Part shown: positions 1 through 9,113 of the stretch, one piece after another | Layout of the letters: every line of letters begins with the position of its first letter | How positions within the stretch are numbered: the stretch's first letter is position 1 | Made by a program: the position numbers and the translations under genes | Notes under the pieces: model-generated | Seen by the model: only the letters and a program-made list of their open reading frames with translations | Databases searched by the model: none | Told to the model about the DNA's origin: nothing | Sequence record: SRR31156797_18266 | Length of the DNA: 33,497 nucleotides | Strand: one strand, 5' to 3'

Positions 1-396
1 CCCGATGAGTTCGGTTGTGCCCGCGGAGGTGGAGATAAACGGTTTCTTATGAATCTCGGCCTGTTTGGCAACGGCCAGGGCAGCCGCACTGTTGGGACAG
101 GCGATGATCACATCAACATCATATTTCTCATAGAGTTCCTTGGCCTTTTCGTTGGCGATGCCCGGATTGTAGGCATGGTCCTTGGAGATCAATTCCACTT
201 TTTTCCCCAACACCGGTCCATAATCCTCGATGGCCATTTCGGCGGCCCATTTCTCCCCGTTTCCGATCACGGCAAGGGGACCGGACAACACACTGAGCAC
301 CCCCACCTTTACACCGTCCCCGGCGCCTGCCGGACATATTGTGAAAAGAAACGCAACGATTACCAATATTGCCATCAATGAAAACTTCTTACACAT
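1..396 (-). CDS. Branched-chain amino acid-type ABC transporter substrate-binding protein (LivK/LivJ-like), 5' part; runs off the left edge
   Basis: Not in the ORF track. Manual translation from ATG 396 (SD GAGGAGG upstream) gives MCKKFSLMAILVIVAFLFTICPAGAGDGVKVGVLSVLSGPLAVIG...GKKVELISKDHAYNPGIA..., i.e. a signal peptide plus the typical LivK N-terminus. The frame is open to position 1 and lies downstream of livG-livF. Confidence 0.85.
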   Translation of the reverse strand, partial: MCKKFSLMAILVIVAFLFTICPAGAGDGVKVGVLSVLSGPLAVIGNGEKWAAEMAIEDYGPVLGKKVELISKDHAYNPGIANEKAKELYEKYDVDVIIACPNSAAALAVAKQAEIHKKPFISTSAGTTELIG

Positions 397-510
397 GGTG
401 ATCCTCCTCTGTTTTTTTGATTTCGCTTAGGGTTTGAACCGCTTGATTACATTCCTGATGCGGGCGTCACCCCCTTCCCTCCATGGACAAGGATAAAACC
501 GTTCGCCCTT

Positions 511-1206
511 TCAAACACCCAGATACCGTTTCTGAACCTCCTGATCGTTGCGAAAATGCTCATTGTCCGCACCGTATACAATTTTTCCCCCATAGAGGAT
601 CTGGTGTCTATCCGCCACTTCGGTTGCAAAACGGGTGTTTTGCTCGATCAGAAGAACCGTGAGCCCGTTGTTTTTGATTTCTCCGATGATGGCACCGATG
701 GACCGGACCAACAGGGGGGCCAGCCCTTCCGTGGGTTCATCCAGAAGGATCAGGTCCATCCTGGCCCTCAAGATCCGGGCAATGGCCAGCATCTGCTGTT
801 CCCCGCCACTGAGCTGGGACCCCTTGTTGCCGGAACGCCGTTTCAGAACCGGGAAAAATTCGTATATCTTTTCCAGTCCCCAGCCCTCTTCCTTGGTTCC
901 CCATACCGGGAACATGATATTTTCGAAAACGCTCAGGCTTGGAAAAATCCTTCGCTCTTCAGGGACGAATCCGACACCCCTTCGTGCGATTTTATGGGGC
1001 GACAAGCCCGCAATATTCCGGCCGTTCAACACGATTTTGCCGGATCTCGGCGGCACGATCCCCATAATGGCCTTGACAGTGGTGGTTTTTCCGGCCCCGT
1101 TTCGGCCCAGAAGCGTCACCACATCCCCTTTTTGAATATCCATGGAAAGACCGTGGAGGATGTGGCTTTCATCGTAATATACTTGAATGTCTTCCAAAGT
1201 CAGCAA
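511..1206 (-). CDS. livF: ABC transporter ATP-binding protein, LivF family
   Basis: Walker A GRNGAGKTT, GFVPEERRIFPSLSV, signature LSGGEQQMLAIAR, LLDEPTEGLAP. Confidence 0.93.
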   Translation of the reverse strand: MLTLEDIQVYYDESHILHGLSMDIQKGDVVTLLGRNGAGKTTTVKAIMGIVPPRSGKIVLNGRNIAGLSPHKIARRGVGFVPEERRIFPSLSVFENIMFPVWGTKEEGWGLEKIYEFFPVLKRRSGNKGSQLSGGEQQMLAIARILRARMDLILLDEPTEGLAPLLVRSIGAIIGEIKNNGLTVLLIEQNTRFATEVADRHQILYGGKIVYGADNEHFRNDQEVQKRYLGV

Positions 1207-1208
1207 TC

Positions 1209-1961
1209 TTAGTATCCCCCCAGATAGGCCGTCTGGACCTTTTCATTTTCCTGAATTTGGGCAGGGGACCCTTCGGCAATGACCTGCCCCTGGTTCAGGA
1301 CCGTAATCACATGGCTCAGGGCGATGACCAGATCAATGTTGTGATCGATGAGAATCACCGTCAATCGATTTGAAATATCCCGCACCAGTTTCATCATCCA
1401 CTCCACATCCGCGGCCTGAAGTCCGGCCATGGGTTCGTCAAGAAGGATCAATTGGGGATCGGTGGCCAAGGAAATGCCGATATCCAGGATCCGCTGCTCA
1501 CCATAGGAAAGGTTTTTGCTGATCAGTTTCCCCTTATCCGCAAGTCCGATGGCTTCCAGAACCTCATCGGCCTTCCCGGCGGCCCGTTCAAGTTTTGAGA
1601 AGTGCCTGAGAAAATTGATGGACGTCCGTTCCCTGGCTTGTGCCGCGATGCGAAGGTTTTCGTGGACCGAAAGCTCGGGAAAAATACTGGTGATCTGAAA
1701 CGAACGGGCGATCCCCTTTTCCGAAATCCTGTAAGGGGGCAGGTCGGTGATATCCTCTCCCTTAAAAAAAACCTTTCCCGCGCTTACGGGGATAAAACCC
1801 GTCAGAAGATTGAAAAGAGTGGTCTTACCGGCGCCGTTGGGTCCGATAATGGAATGGATGCTCCCCGTTGCGATCTTTAAAGCCACTTGGTCGATGACCT
1901 GCAGCGAGCCGAAGTTTTTACTGATATTTTTTACTTCAAGGATGTTCAAAGCGTTCATCAC
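1209..1961 (-). CDS. livG: ABC transporter ATP-binding protein, LivG family
   Basis: GPNGAGKTT, GIARSFQIT, LSYGEQR, LLDEPMAGL, C-terminal VQTAYLG. Confidence 0.93.
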   Translation of the reverse strand: MMNALNILEVKNISKNFGSLQVIDQVALKIATGSIHSIIGPNGAGKTTLFNLLTGFIPVSAGKVFFKGEDITDLPPYRISEKGIARSFQITSIFPELSVHENLRIAAQARERTSINFLRHFSKLERAAGKADEVLEAIGLADKGKLISKNLSYGEQRILDIGISLATDPQLILLDEPMAGLQAADVEWMMKLVRDISNRLTVILIDHNIDLVIALSHVITVLNQGQVIAEGSPAQIQENEKVQTAYLGGY

Positions 1962-1984
1962 GCCCCCGTCTATAGGGAAATATC

Positions 1985-2896
1985 TTATGTTTTGGGCAAA
2001 TGAAGGATCTCTCTGGCTTCCGCGGGTGTGGCGATCTCACGGCCCAGTTCCTTGGCGATCCTCACCACCTTTGCCACCAGTTCCGCGTTGCTTTTGGCCG
2101 GAACCCCCTGGGACAGATAGATGTTGTCCTCAAACCCCACCCGCACATGCCCCCCCATGATGATGGCCATGGTGGCCATTTCAAACTCCTTTAAGCCGAC
2201 GGCGCACACGGACCAGGGAGAGCCTTCGGGAATGTTGCGCACCATGTGGAGGAGATTATCCACGGTTGCGGGAATCTGGCCCAGTATCCCCAGAACACAT
2301 TGGAAGTACAGGGGTTGTTCCAGATGACCCATCTCCGCCAATACCTTGGCGTTGTTGATCATTCCGATATCATAACATTCCAGCTCGGGCTTAACATGGT
2401 TGGCCTTCATGACTTGGGCCATATGCACCATATCGGGAAAACTGTGGACCATGACGAACTTGAGCAGAAAATCCTTTTTTTTCCGGTTATAGATATCAAT
2501 GACGGGAGAACCGGCGTTAAATGAGGCCAGATCCGGTTTTGCCAGGGGGTTTTGGGCCAGGGCTGGCACCACGCTCAAACGTCCTTGGACGCTTTCCTCC
2601 GGCACTTCCTTGAACAGCCACTCCCCATCCACGCGTTTCCCCGTGCCGCCGGTGGATACGTTTACGATAATGTCGCACTGTTCCTTGATGGGAACAACCG
2701 CCTCCTCAAACCATTGGGCTTTGTTCTCCCCTTTTCCGGTTTCCGGGTTTCTCGGGTGCAGGTGAACCACAGAGGCACCCGCTTCATAGGCTTCCAGGGT
2801 CGCCGCCACCTGCTCTTTCGGGGTCTTGGGCAGATACGGGTTTGACTCCGGAGAGGCGCCACCGGTAATGGCAGCCGTGATAATCAGTTTTTCCAT
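1985..2896 (-). CDS. Beta-keto acid cleavage enzyme (BKACE / DUF849, Kce-like)
   Basis: N-terminal IITAAITG, metal-binding HLH, STGG, KPELECYD, GGHVRVGFEDN, C-terminal GREIATPAEAREIL. Confidence 0.92.
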   Translation of the reverse strand: MEKLIITAAITGGASPESNPYLPKTPKEQVAATLEAYEAGASVVHLHPRNPETGKGENKAQWFEEAVVPIKEQCDIIVNVSTGGTGKRVDGEWLFKEVPEESVQGRLSVVPALAQNPLAKPDLASFNAGSPVIDIYNRKKKDFLLKFVMVHSFPDMVHMAQVMKANHVKPELECYDIGMINNAKVLAEMGHLEQPLYFQCVLGILGQIPATVDNLLHMVRNIPEGSPWSVCAVGLKEFEMATMAIIMGGHVRVGFEDNIYLSQGVPAKSNAELVAKVVRIAKELGREIATPAEAREILHLPKT

Positions 2897-2915
2897 TAAC
2901 AGATCCTCCCAAATT

Positions 2916-2932
2916 GTTTACTGATAGTAAAC
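2916..2932. promoter_or_regulatory. Candidate operator of the XRE-cupin regulator, upstream of the BKACE-liv genes
   Basis: Perfect palindrome GTTTACT-gat-AGTAAAC about 20 bp upstream of the BKACE start; a related copy lies at 3540-3556. Confidence 0.6.
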
Positions 2933-2949
2933 CAATTGCGCAAAAAAAA

Positions 2950-3528
2950 TCAAATCCTTCGATATGAATATATAACGCACAAAAAAACGGCTTTCTCCTT
3001 CCCAAGGCTTCTTCCCGAGTGAGGGATGGCGCCATTGAAATAAGCGCTGTCGCCCGTTTCAAGGGTATGGGATTTCCCCTCATAAAAAAAATTAATCTTA
3101 CCTTCAAGGATAAATATGAATTCTTCGCCCTCGTGCTGAAAACGCCTCTCGGGAGACCGGTCATCCAGGGTAATCAGCATGGGCTCCATGTTCTTGCCGG
3201 GCATACGATAAGCCAGAGATTCATAGACATAACCGGCTGACGCATCTTTTGAGCCAACGACCTTCCGGTCTCCTGCTCTGACAATATCCAGGTTTGCATC
3301 TTTTTTGGTTTCATCATCGTCGGTCAGAAAAGAGATGATTTCCGAATGGAATGCCGACGCTATCTTGGAAAGCGTCGAAATGGGCGGCGACTTCTCGGAA
3401 TTTTCAATCCGGGAAAGATACCCTTTGGTAAGACCGGTGATGGAAGCCAACCGATCGAGGGTCATGCCGCTATTAAGGCGAAAAGACTTTATCCGTTCGG
3501 CGATTTTCTTTTCGTCGAAATCGTTCAT
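2950..3528 (-). CDS. XRE-family HTH transcriptional regulator with C-terminal cupin domain
   Basis: HTH_3 pattern MTLDRLASITGLTKGYLSRIEN...PPISTL; cupin HEGEEFIFILEG...GDSAYFNGAIPH. Confidence 0.93.
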   Translation of the reverse strand: MNDFDEKKIAERIKSFRLNSGMTLDRLASITGLTKGYLSRIENSEKSPPISTLSKIASAFHSEIISFLTDDDETKKDANLDIVRAGDRKVVGSKDASAGYVYESLAYRMPGKNMEPMLITLDDRSPERRFQHEGEEFIFILEGKINFFYEGKSHTLETGDSAYFNGAIPHSGRSLGKEKAVFLCVIYSYRRI

Positions 3529-3536
3529 GACTGCCG

Positions 3537-3565
3537 TGTGTATACAAAAAGTAAACCATTGTCAA
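3537..3565 (-). promoter_or_regulatory. Candidate sigma70 promoter of the XRE gene with an embedded operator copy (3540-3556)
   Basis: Minus-strand TTGACA (3565-3560) and a weak -10 TACACA 17 bp further on; GTATACA-aaa-AGTAAAC spans the spacer and overlaps the -10. Confidence 0.5.
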
Positions 3566-3616
3566 GCACAATCGTTTATGGCGCCGAGGAAATATTGAAT
3601 GGGGGTTCTTTTGGTT

Positions 3617-4393
3617 TTACGCTTTGCTCTCGCGTCCGATGGAGATGATTTCCGCCATGATGGCCACTGCGATTTCCTCGGGGGTCTCGGCCCCGATACT
3701 CAGTCCGATGGGCGAATGAACCCGGTCCAAAAGATCCTGTTCAATGCCCTTCTCCAACAGTTCGGCATAGATCTTGGCCCTCTTGGTGCGGCTGCCGATC
3801 ATCCCCAGGTATCGGGCCGGTGAGCGGATGACGGTCGAAAGGGCCACCCCGTCCAATTCATGGCCGCGGGTGACGATCACCACATGGCACCAGGGGGTAA
3901 TGGGGTATTTCTTAAGTTCGTCTTCCACATCTCCCACGATTATTTCACGGGCATCGGGAAAACGCTCTTTATTGGCATAGTCTTTGCGGTCGTCAAACAC
4001 GATCACGTCCATGCCGAGATAACTCCCCAGTTTGGAGAGTTGCCGCCCCAGATGGCCCGCGCCCACAATGATAAGTTGTTTTCTTCCGGCGATCACATCA
4101 ATAAAAATATCATTATCACCACCGCAGACCCCCAGATGGCCCAGTTCCACTTCTTTGAGTTGGTATTTCACCATTTTGGGCATGCCGTTTCTGAGCGCGG
4201 ATTTGGATTCTTCAATGACCTGGTTTTCCATGGCACCGCCGCCGATGCTTCCCACAATCCGACCATCCGGAAAAACCAGCATTTTGGCCCCAATGGCCCG
4301 GGGGGTTGATCCATGGGATCGAACGATGGTGGCCAATGCAACATTTTCACCGGTCCGCAAGGTTTTTAAAGCCGCTTCAAAAATATCAATCAT
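3617..4393 (-). CDS. xdhC: XdhC/CoxI family molybdoenzyme maturation factor
   Basis: ALATIV..GSTPR..GAKML, GSIGGG, CGG, VGAGH, IVTRGH, YLGMIGS, SPIGLSIGAETPEEIAVAI. Start moved to ATG 4393 because of GGAGG SD at 4402-4406. Confidence 0.92.
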   Translation of the reverse strand: MIDIFEAALKTLRTGENVALATIVRSHGSTPRAIGAKMLVFPDGRIVGSIGGGAMENQVIEESKSALRNGMPKMVKYQLKEVELGHLGVCGGDNDIFIDVIAGRKQLIIVGAGHLGRQLSKLGSYLGMDVIVFDDRKDYANKERFPDAREIIVGDVEDELKKYPITPWCHVVIVTRGHELDGVALSTVIRSPARYLGMIGSRTKRAKIYAELLEKGIEQDLLDRVHSPIGLSIGAETPEEIAVAIMAEIISIGRESKA

Positions 4394-4413
4394 GACAATC
4401 ACCTCCAATAAAG

Positions 4414-4441
4414 GCTGTTAGCGATTAGCCCTTAGCTGTTA
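4414..4441. repeat. Degenerate heptamer tandem repeat (GCnnTTA)x4
   Basis: GCTGTTA GCGATTA GCCCTTA GCTGTTA, directly upstream of the xdhC SD. Confidence 0.6.
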
Positions 4442-4537
4442 GTTTCCGGTTTGCGGGAATTCTTGGCGACAAATTCATCCAAAGAACCCATGAATTGAAA
4501 ATGAGCGAGGGATATCATCAATTTCCGTTTCCAACGG

Positions 4538-5338
4538 CTAATTGCGATTAATGGCCATCAAAACCGCTTCCAGCACCCCTCCGCCGATGGCCAGGGCTTT
4601 ATCGGAAATAGTCCAGCAGCTTTCCTGAACATTCCGGGGATCCACGTCACCACTCTTCAGGCCTTTTATTACGGATACGCCGTCATGGAGCAATCCCCGC
4701 AGCATCCCGGAAATGGGCGCCCGAATGGGCCTGTCCCCTGCATAGGCAACAATATCGCCCTTTTCAACATGGGTCCCGATGGAGAGTACACCCTTCAAAA
4801 CGCCTGGGGCCGGAGCCCGGATGACGCGTTCGGAGCCGAAGCCCTTCACTTCACCGGGAATACCGGTATTGGGGATTGCCGATCCTTGCCGGATAACCCG
4901 GCCCAGGGTATGCCCCCGCTTGGTTTCAACAACGGCGTGAACATCCACTCCGGCCGTGAACCCGGGTCCCAGACCCACCACCAAGGTCGCATCATCCATG
5001 TGGGTACCCATGTTCTTCTTGGCCATGATGGCGTCTATGACGGCAAAAGCATCTATTCCCTTTACGATTCCAGCCTTTGGATCCACCATTACGGGAATCA
5101 CCCGATCATCCAGGGCCTTCAGGATATCCCTTCGCCCCTCCACCCGCCGGGCCGTCATATCCTCCACGGTTACTTCCCCTTCATAAACCGCATCCGACAG
5201 GGAAACACTTCGGCGAACCGTCAGGGGCTGCTCGATTTCGGTCATTATAACAGGGAAACCGCTCCGCCACAAGCGGGCGGCCACGCCGGTGGCAAGATCC
5301 CCTGCCCCTTTGATAACAATTCGTTTTTGGCTGAACAT
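4538..5338 (-). CDS. yqeB: Selenium-dependent molybdenum hydroxylase system protein YqeB
   Basis: IKGAGDLATGVA, VRRSVS, DAIMAKKN, GLGPGFTAG, ETKRGHTLGR, PNTGIPG, GDVDPR, TISDKALAIGGGVLEA. Confidence 0.92.
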   Translation of the reverse strand: MFSQKRIVIKGAGDLATGVAARLWRSGFPVIMTEIEQPLTVRRSVSLSDAVYEGEVTVEDMTARRVEGRRDILKALDDRVIPVMVDPKAGIVKGIDAFAVIDAIMAKKNMGTHMDDATLVVGLGPGFTAGVDVHAVVETKRGHTLGRVIRQGSAIPNTGIPGEVKGFGSERVIRAPAPGVLKGVLSIGTHVEKGDIVAYAGDRPIRAPISGMLRGLLHDGVSVIKGLKSGDVDPRNVQESCWTISDKALAIGGGVLEAVLMAINRN

Positions 5339-5387
5339 ATTTACCCTCCCTTCTTATCCGGCATCACCTCAAACTGTAAACCGTTAA

Positions 5388-6434
5388 CTATTTTCCAAAT
5401 GAACACCGTGGAAAATGACACGTATCGCACTCCAAACACATGCCCCCGTGGGCCATGGCCGCAAGATCTTCCCGGGTGATGCGCTCCCCCGCCAGAACCC
5501 TGGGCAAAATGAGATCCAGCACCGTGGCCCGGAAAAAAAGCACACAGGCCGGCAGACCCAGGACGGGAACCTCTCCGAAACGGCCATAGAGAAACATGGC
5601 GCCCGGCAGTACGGGGGTCCCGTAAACCACATCCTCGGCCCCGGCATCTGCAATGGCCACGCGCGTAATATCATCGGGATCCACGCTCATGCCGCCGGCC
5701 ACCACGATCATTTCAGCACCCTGTTGAAGGTATTGACTGATTTCGGAAGAGATGCGCTCTCTGTCATCGGGGGCAAAGGCGATCCCCATGATACCGCAAT
5801 TGAAATCTTTCAATTTCTTCCGGATAATGGGCGCGAATTTGTCGTCGATGAGCCCTGAAAACACCTCGTTGCCGGTGATCACAATGCCGGTTTTGGGTGT
5901 GAAGAAAGGTTTTACGGAGAAAAAATCGTCCACGGCCAGGGCAATCTCTTCCGCGGATTGAAGGTTTTCCTCGTCAATGATCAGGGGGATGGCCCGCACA
6001 CCGGCAAGGACATCTCCCGGTTCCACCACGGAATCGGCATGTCTGGAGGAACAACTGATGTCCGGCACCAGATTAAGACGGGTAAGGGCTTCTACGTCCA
6101 CCTTCAAAAGACCACCATAACGCGCTTTCAGCTGAACTTTCCCCTCTGAAGGGTGGGAATCAAAGACCACGCCTTTGCCGGAAAGAGCCGTTGCCAGGCG
6201 AAGTGCGGCGTCGTCCTCGTGGATTTCTCCGGGTTCCAGGTGCAAAACGTACAGATGCTCCTTTCCAACCCTTTTCAAATGGGGCACATCTTCTTCCTTG
6301 ATGATATACCCTTTTTTAAAGGCGGGACCCTTGAATTGCCCCGGCCTGATTTCGGTGATATCGTGGGCCAGGATGGTTCCCACGGACTGACCAACGGGAA
6401 TGATGGTTGCCGAAGATTTGAACTTATTGGACAT
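5388..6434 (-). CDS. MoeA-like molybdopterin-binding protein with C-terminal Cys cluster
   Basis: LAHDITEI..G.FKG.AFKKG, SEGK, ITGNEV, GGMSVDPDD, YGTPVLPGAMFL, GLPACV; ends CLECDTCHFPRCSFGK. Confidence 0.88.
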   Translation of the reverse strand: MSNKFKSSATIIPVGQSVGTILAHDITEIRPGQFKGPAFKKGYIIKEEDVPHLKRVGKEHLYVLHLEPGEIHEDDAALRLATALSGKGVVFDSHPSEGKVQLKARYGGLLKVDVEALTRLNLVPDISCSSRHADSVVEPGDVLAGVRAIPLIIDEENLQSAEEIALAVDDFFSVKPFFTPKTGIVITGNEVFSGLIDDKFAPIIRKKLKDFNCGIMGIAFAPDDRERISSEISQYLQQGAEMIVVAGGMSVDPDDITRVAIADAGAEDVVYGTPVLPGAMFLYGRFGEVPVLGLPACVLFFRATVLDLILPRVLAGERITREDLAAMAHGGMCLECDTCHFPRCSFGK

Positions 6435-6466
6435 AATTACGACTCCTTGAATCCGTTGCTACGCTT

Positions 6467-7510
6467 TTAGCACCCGTGAAGGGCCCGAAGTTTGAGTATT
6501 CCGTAAACGGAATCTTCGGGCGATAGAGAAAAAGACCGCGCCTGTTCGCCGGTCATTTGAGCATGCACATACTGGTCCGCCACCATGATTTCCACATGGG
6601 CCATGCCTCCCACGTGACTGATTTTCTTGATCCGGCCTTGAAACCGGTTCACCCGGGGGCCCGGTGGAGGGTAGGGGGAAACATAAACATCCTTTGGATG
6701 AATGGCCACCCTGTAAAAGGGTTTACCGCCGTCTTCCGGAACAAACAACTGACGATCGGCCCATTGAACGTGAACCAAGCCGTTTCCCAGGCTCTCCCGG
6801 TAAATGCAAGAGAGCACGTTCGGTTTTTCAAGAAAACCGCATTCGGAGGGTTTTCCCTGAAGCATGATTTCCCGAATTCCACCCACCTGTTCCAATTTGC
6901 CGTCCGTCATAACGCCCATGCGATCGCCCAAATCGCGGGCTTCCTCCAAGTTGTGGGTAACAAACAACATGGTGGTTTCGAGCTGTGATTGAATCCGTTT
7001 GAGTTCGAGGCGGAGATAGCGGGCGGTTCGAAAATCAAGGCTGCTGAAGGGTTCGTCCAGTAACAGAACCTTTGGGGATGAAATCAGTGCCCTGGCAAGG
7101 GCCACCCTCTGTTTTTCTCCGCCGCTCAAGGCCTCGGGCAGTCTTTTTGCAAACGGCGCCAGGTGAAAGAGTTCCATCATATGGGAAATCCGGTTCTGCT
7201 GCTCCTCCTTGCCGAGACCCAGTCTTTTGAGGGCCATCAGCATGTTTCTCTCCACGGACATATGAGGGAACAGCAGCAGATCCTGAAACAGGTACCCGAT
7301 GTTTCGCTTGAAAGGGGGAAGATCGTTTACGCTATCTCCGTCCACCAGAATATTGCCCCCATGGGGAATGAGGCCAGCCACCATGTTGAGCAGGGTGGTT
7401 TTGCCCGCACCGGATGGCCCCATCAGCACAAAGAGCTCTCCGTCCATGATATCCACGGAAACCCCTTTGATGATGCCGTTTCGAATATTTTGCAGGGTGA
7501 TTTCAGCCAT
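6467..7510 (-). CDS. modC: Molybdate/tungstate ABC transporter ATP-binding protein with TOBE domain
   Basis: GPSGAGKTT, LSGGEKQRVALARAL, LLDEPFSSLD, TOBE-like C-terminus. Start taken at ATG 7510, just after the modB stop. Confidence 0.85.
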   Translation of the reverse strand: MAEITLQNIRNGIIKGVSVDIMDGELFVLMGPSGAGKTTLLNMVAGLIPHGGNILVDGDSVNDLPPFKRNIGYLFQDLLLFPHMSVERNMLMALKRLGLGKEEQQNRISHMMELFHLAPFAKRLPEALSGGEKQRVALARALISSPKVLLLDEPFSSLDFRTARYLRLELKRIQSQLETTMLFVTHNLEEARDLGDRMGVMTDGKLEQVGGIREIMLQGKPSECGFLEKPNVLSCIYRESLGNGLVHVQWADRQLFVPEDGGKPFYRVAIHPKDVYVSPYPPPGPRVNRFQGRIKKISHVGGMAHVEIMVADQYVHAQMTGEQARSFSLSPEDSVYGILKLRALHGC

Positions 7511-7515
7511 TGTCT

Positions 7516-8304
7516 TTACCGGGAGGGCCAAGTTTCGGGTCGGGGCGCATGTCCGATCCACCGAAGGGCCAGAAGGAGCAGGAATCCCGCGGCCATGAGG
7601 ACCCAGGCGCAGGAAAGGGCCGTGCCCAGTTCACCGCTGGAAATGTTCAGAAACACCGCTATGGGAAGGGTCTCGGTTTTGAAACGGATGGCGCCGGCCA
7701 CCATGAGGGTGGCGCCGAATTCCCCCATGGCCCGGGTCCACCCCAGGACGGTTCCGGCCAGGATTCCCTGCCGGGCCAATGGCAGGCTGATCCGGAAAAA
7801 AACCTGGGCGGGCCGTAACCCAAGGGTGGCCGCGGCCCATTCATACCGGTGTCCCACCCGTTCAAAGGCCGCCCGGCTGCTTCTCATGACGATGGGGCCG
7901 GCCACAAATGTCTGGGCCAGAACCGCGCCCCAGGGTGTGAACAGGATGTGGATGCCCCATTCTCCCAGGGGGCGGCCCAGCATGTTCCGTCCGAACAGGA
8001 AGAGAAGTCCCACCCCGGCGATTAAAGGGGTGATCACCAGGGGTAAATCGAGAAAGGTATCCAATACGGCTTTACCGGGAAATGTGGTCCGGGCCAGGAA
8101 ATAGCCTGTGGGCACGCCCAGAAGCAGGGCCAGGAAGGTGGAAAAAATGGAGGTGGTCAAACTGAGGCGCAGGGCGAAACGGGTCTCCTCCGATGTCAGG
8201 GCCGTTATGATTTCTCCGGGGGACAGGCGGAAAAAAAGGGAAAACAGGACGCCTGCCGTGAAAAGGGATAGCACCGTCAGGGGAAGAACGAATAGGCGAT
8301 TCAT
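7516..8304 (-). CDS. modB: Molybdate ABC transporter permease
   Basis: DLPLVITPLIAGVGLL, EAA-type loop AAATLG, RAMGEFGAT, TETLPIAVF. Confidence 0.9.
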   Translation of the reverse strand: MNRLFVLPLTVLSLFTAGVLFSLFFRLSPGEIITALTSEETRFALRLSLTTSIFSTFLALLLGVPTGYFLARTTFPGKAVLDTFLDLPLVITPLIAGVGLLFLFGRNMLGRPLGEWGIHILFTPWGAVLAQTFVAGPIVMRSSRAAFERVGHRYEWAAATLGLRPAQVFFRISLPLARQGILAGTVLGWTRAMGEFGATLMVAGAIRFKTETLPIAVFLNISSGELGTALSCAWVLMAAGFLLLLALRWIGHAPRPETWPSR

Positions 8305-9104
8305 GGCTTCCTTTTTTGTGCGGCGTCTGCGGCCAGGGGCAGAAAACCGAATCGTTCAAACAGGGCGATCGCCCTTTTGGAAACCATGAAATCCCGGAAT
8401 CGGGATGCGGTCTTCAAGTCTTTTGAATCTTTCAACACGGCAATGGCAATGGTTTCGGGCTGAAAGTACTCCTTGGGAATCGGGACCATTTGAATTTGAT
8501 CCCGAAATTGAAAAACGTCGGCCCTTCCGATGATGGCGGCATCCACGTCTCCCTGGGCCACATACACGGCCAGTTGTTTGACCGTGGCCCCATATACCAC
8601 CACATTTTTGAGGATCGCCTCTTTTAAAGGGGAACAGGAAAGGATTTTTTGCGCTGTACGCCCAAGCGCCATGGCCTTGGGATCTCCCAGTGCCAGCCTG
8701 AGACCGGGGCGAGCCAAATCGTCAAAAGAACGGATGACATCCGCTTTGGAAGTATTGACGCCCAGCACTGCGGTGTGGACGGCCAGATTTTTGAAGGAAT
8801 CGATGCGTCCCATTTTTTCAAGTTTTTGGATATAGAAAAAGGCCCCCGGCATGTAAAGATCCCCCTGGCCCGACGCCAGGATGGACGACATGAGCTGCCC
8901 GCTGCCCGCATAGCTGACGCGCACCGAGTGCCCGGTCTCTTTTTGAAACGTTTGAATCAACCGGTCGGTGGGTTGCCGGAGACCAGCCCCCGCAAAAAGG
9001 AGCAGGTCCGCTGAAATGCCCGGTGCGGACCATCCGAAAAGCATGGCTAACAGGGCGCTTGAAACCAGGAGCATCTTGGGGATGAAAGATAAACCTTTGT
9101 CCAT
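8301..9104 (-). CDS. modA: Molybdate ABC transporter substrate-binding protein
   Basis: Signal peptide, FAGAGL, YAGSGQL, LALGDPKAMALG, ATVKQL; overlaps the modB start (ATGA). Confidence 0.88.
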   Translation of the reverse strand: MDKGLSFIPKMLLVSSALLAMLFGWSAPGISADLLLFAGAGLRQPTDRLIQTFQKETGHSVRVSYAGSGQLMSSILASGQGDLYMPGAFFYIQKLEKMGRIDSFKNLAVHTAVLGVNTSKADVIRSFDDLARPGLRLALGDPKAMALGRTAQKILSCSPLKEAILKNVVVYGATVKQLAVYVAQGDVDAAIIGRADVFQFRDQIQMVPIPKEYFQPETIAIAVLKDSKDLKTASRFRDFMVSKRAIALFERFGFLPLAADAAQKRKP

Positions 9105-9113
9105 GACGGTCTT

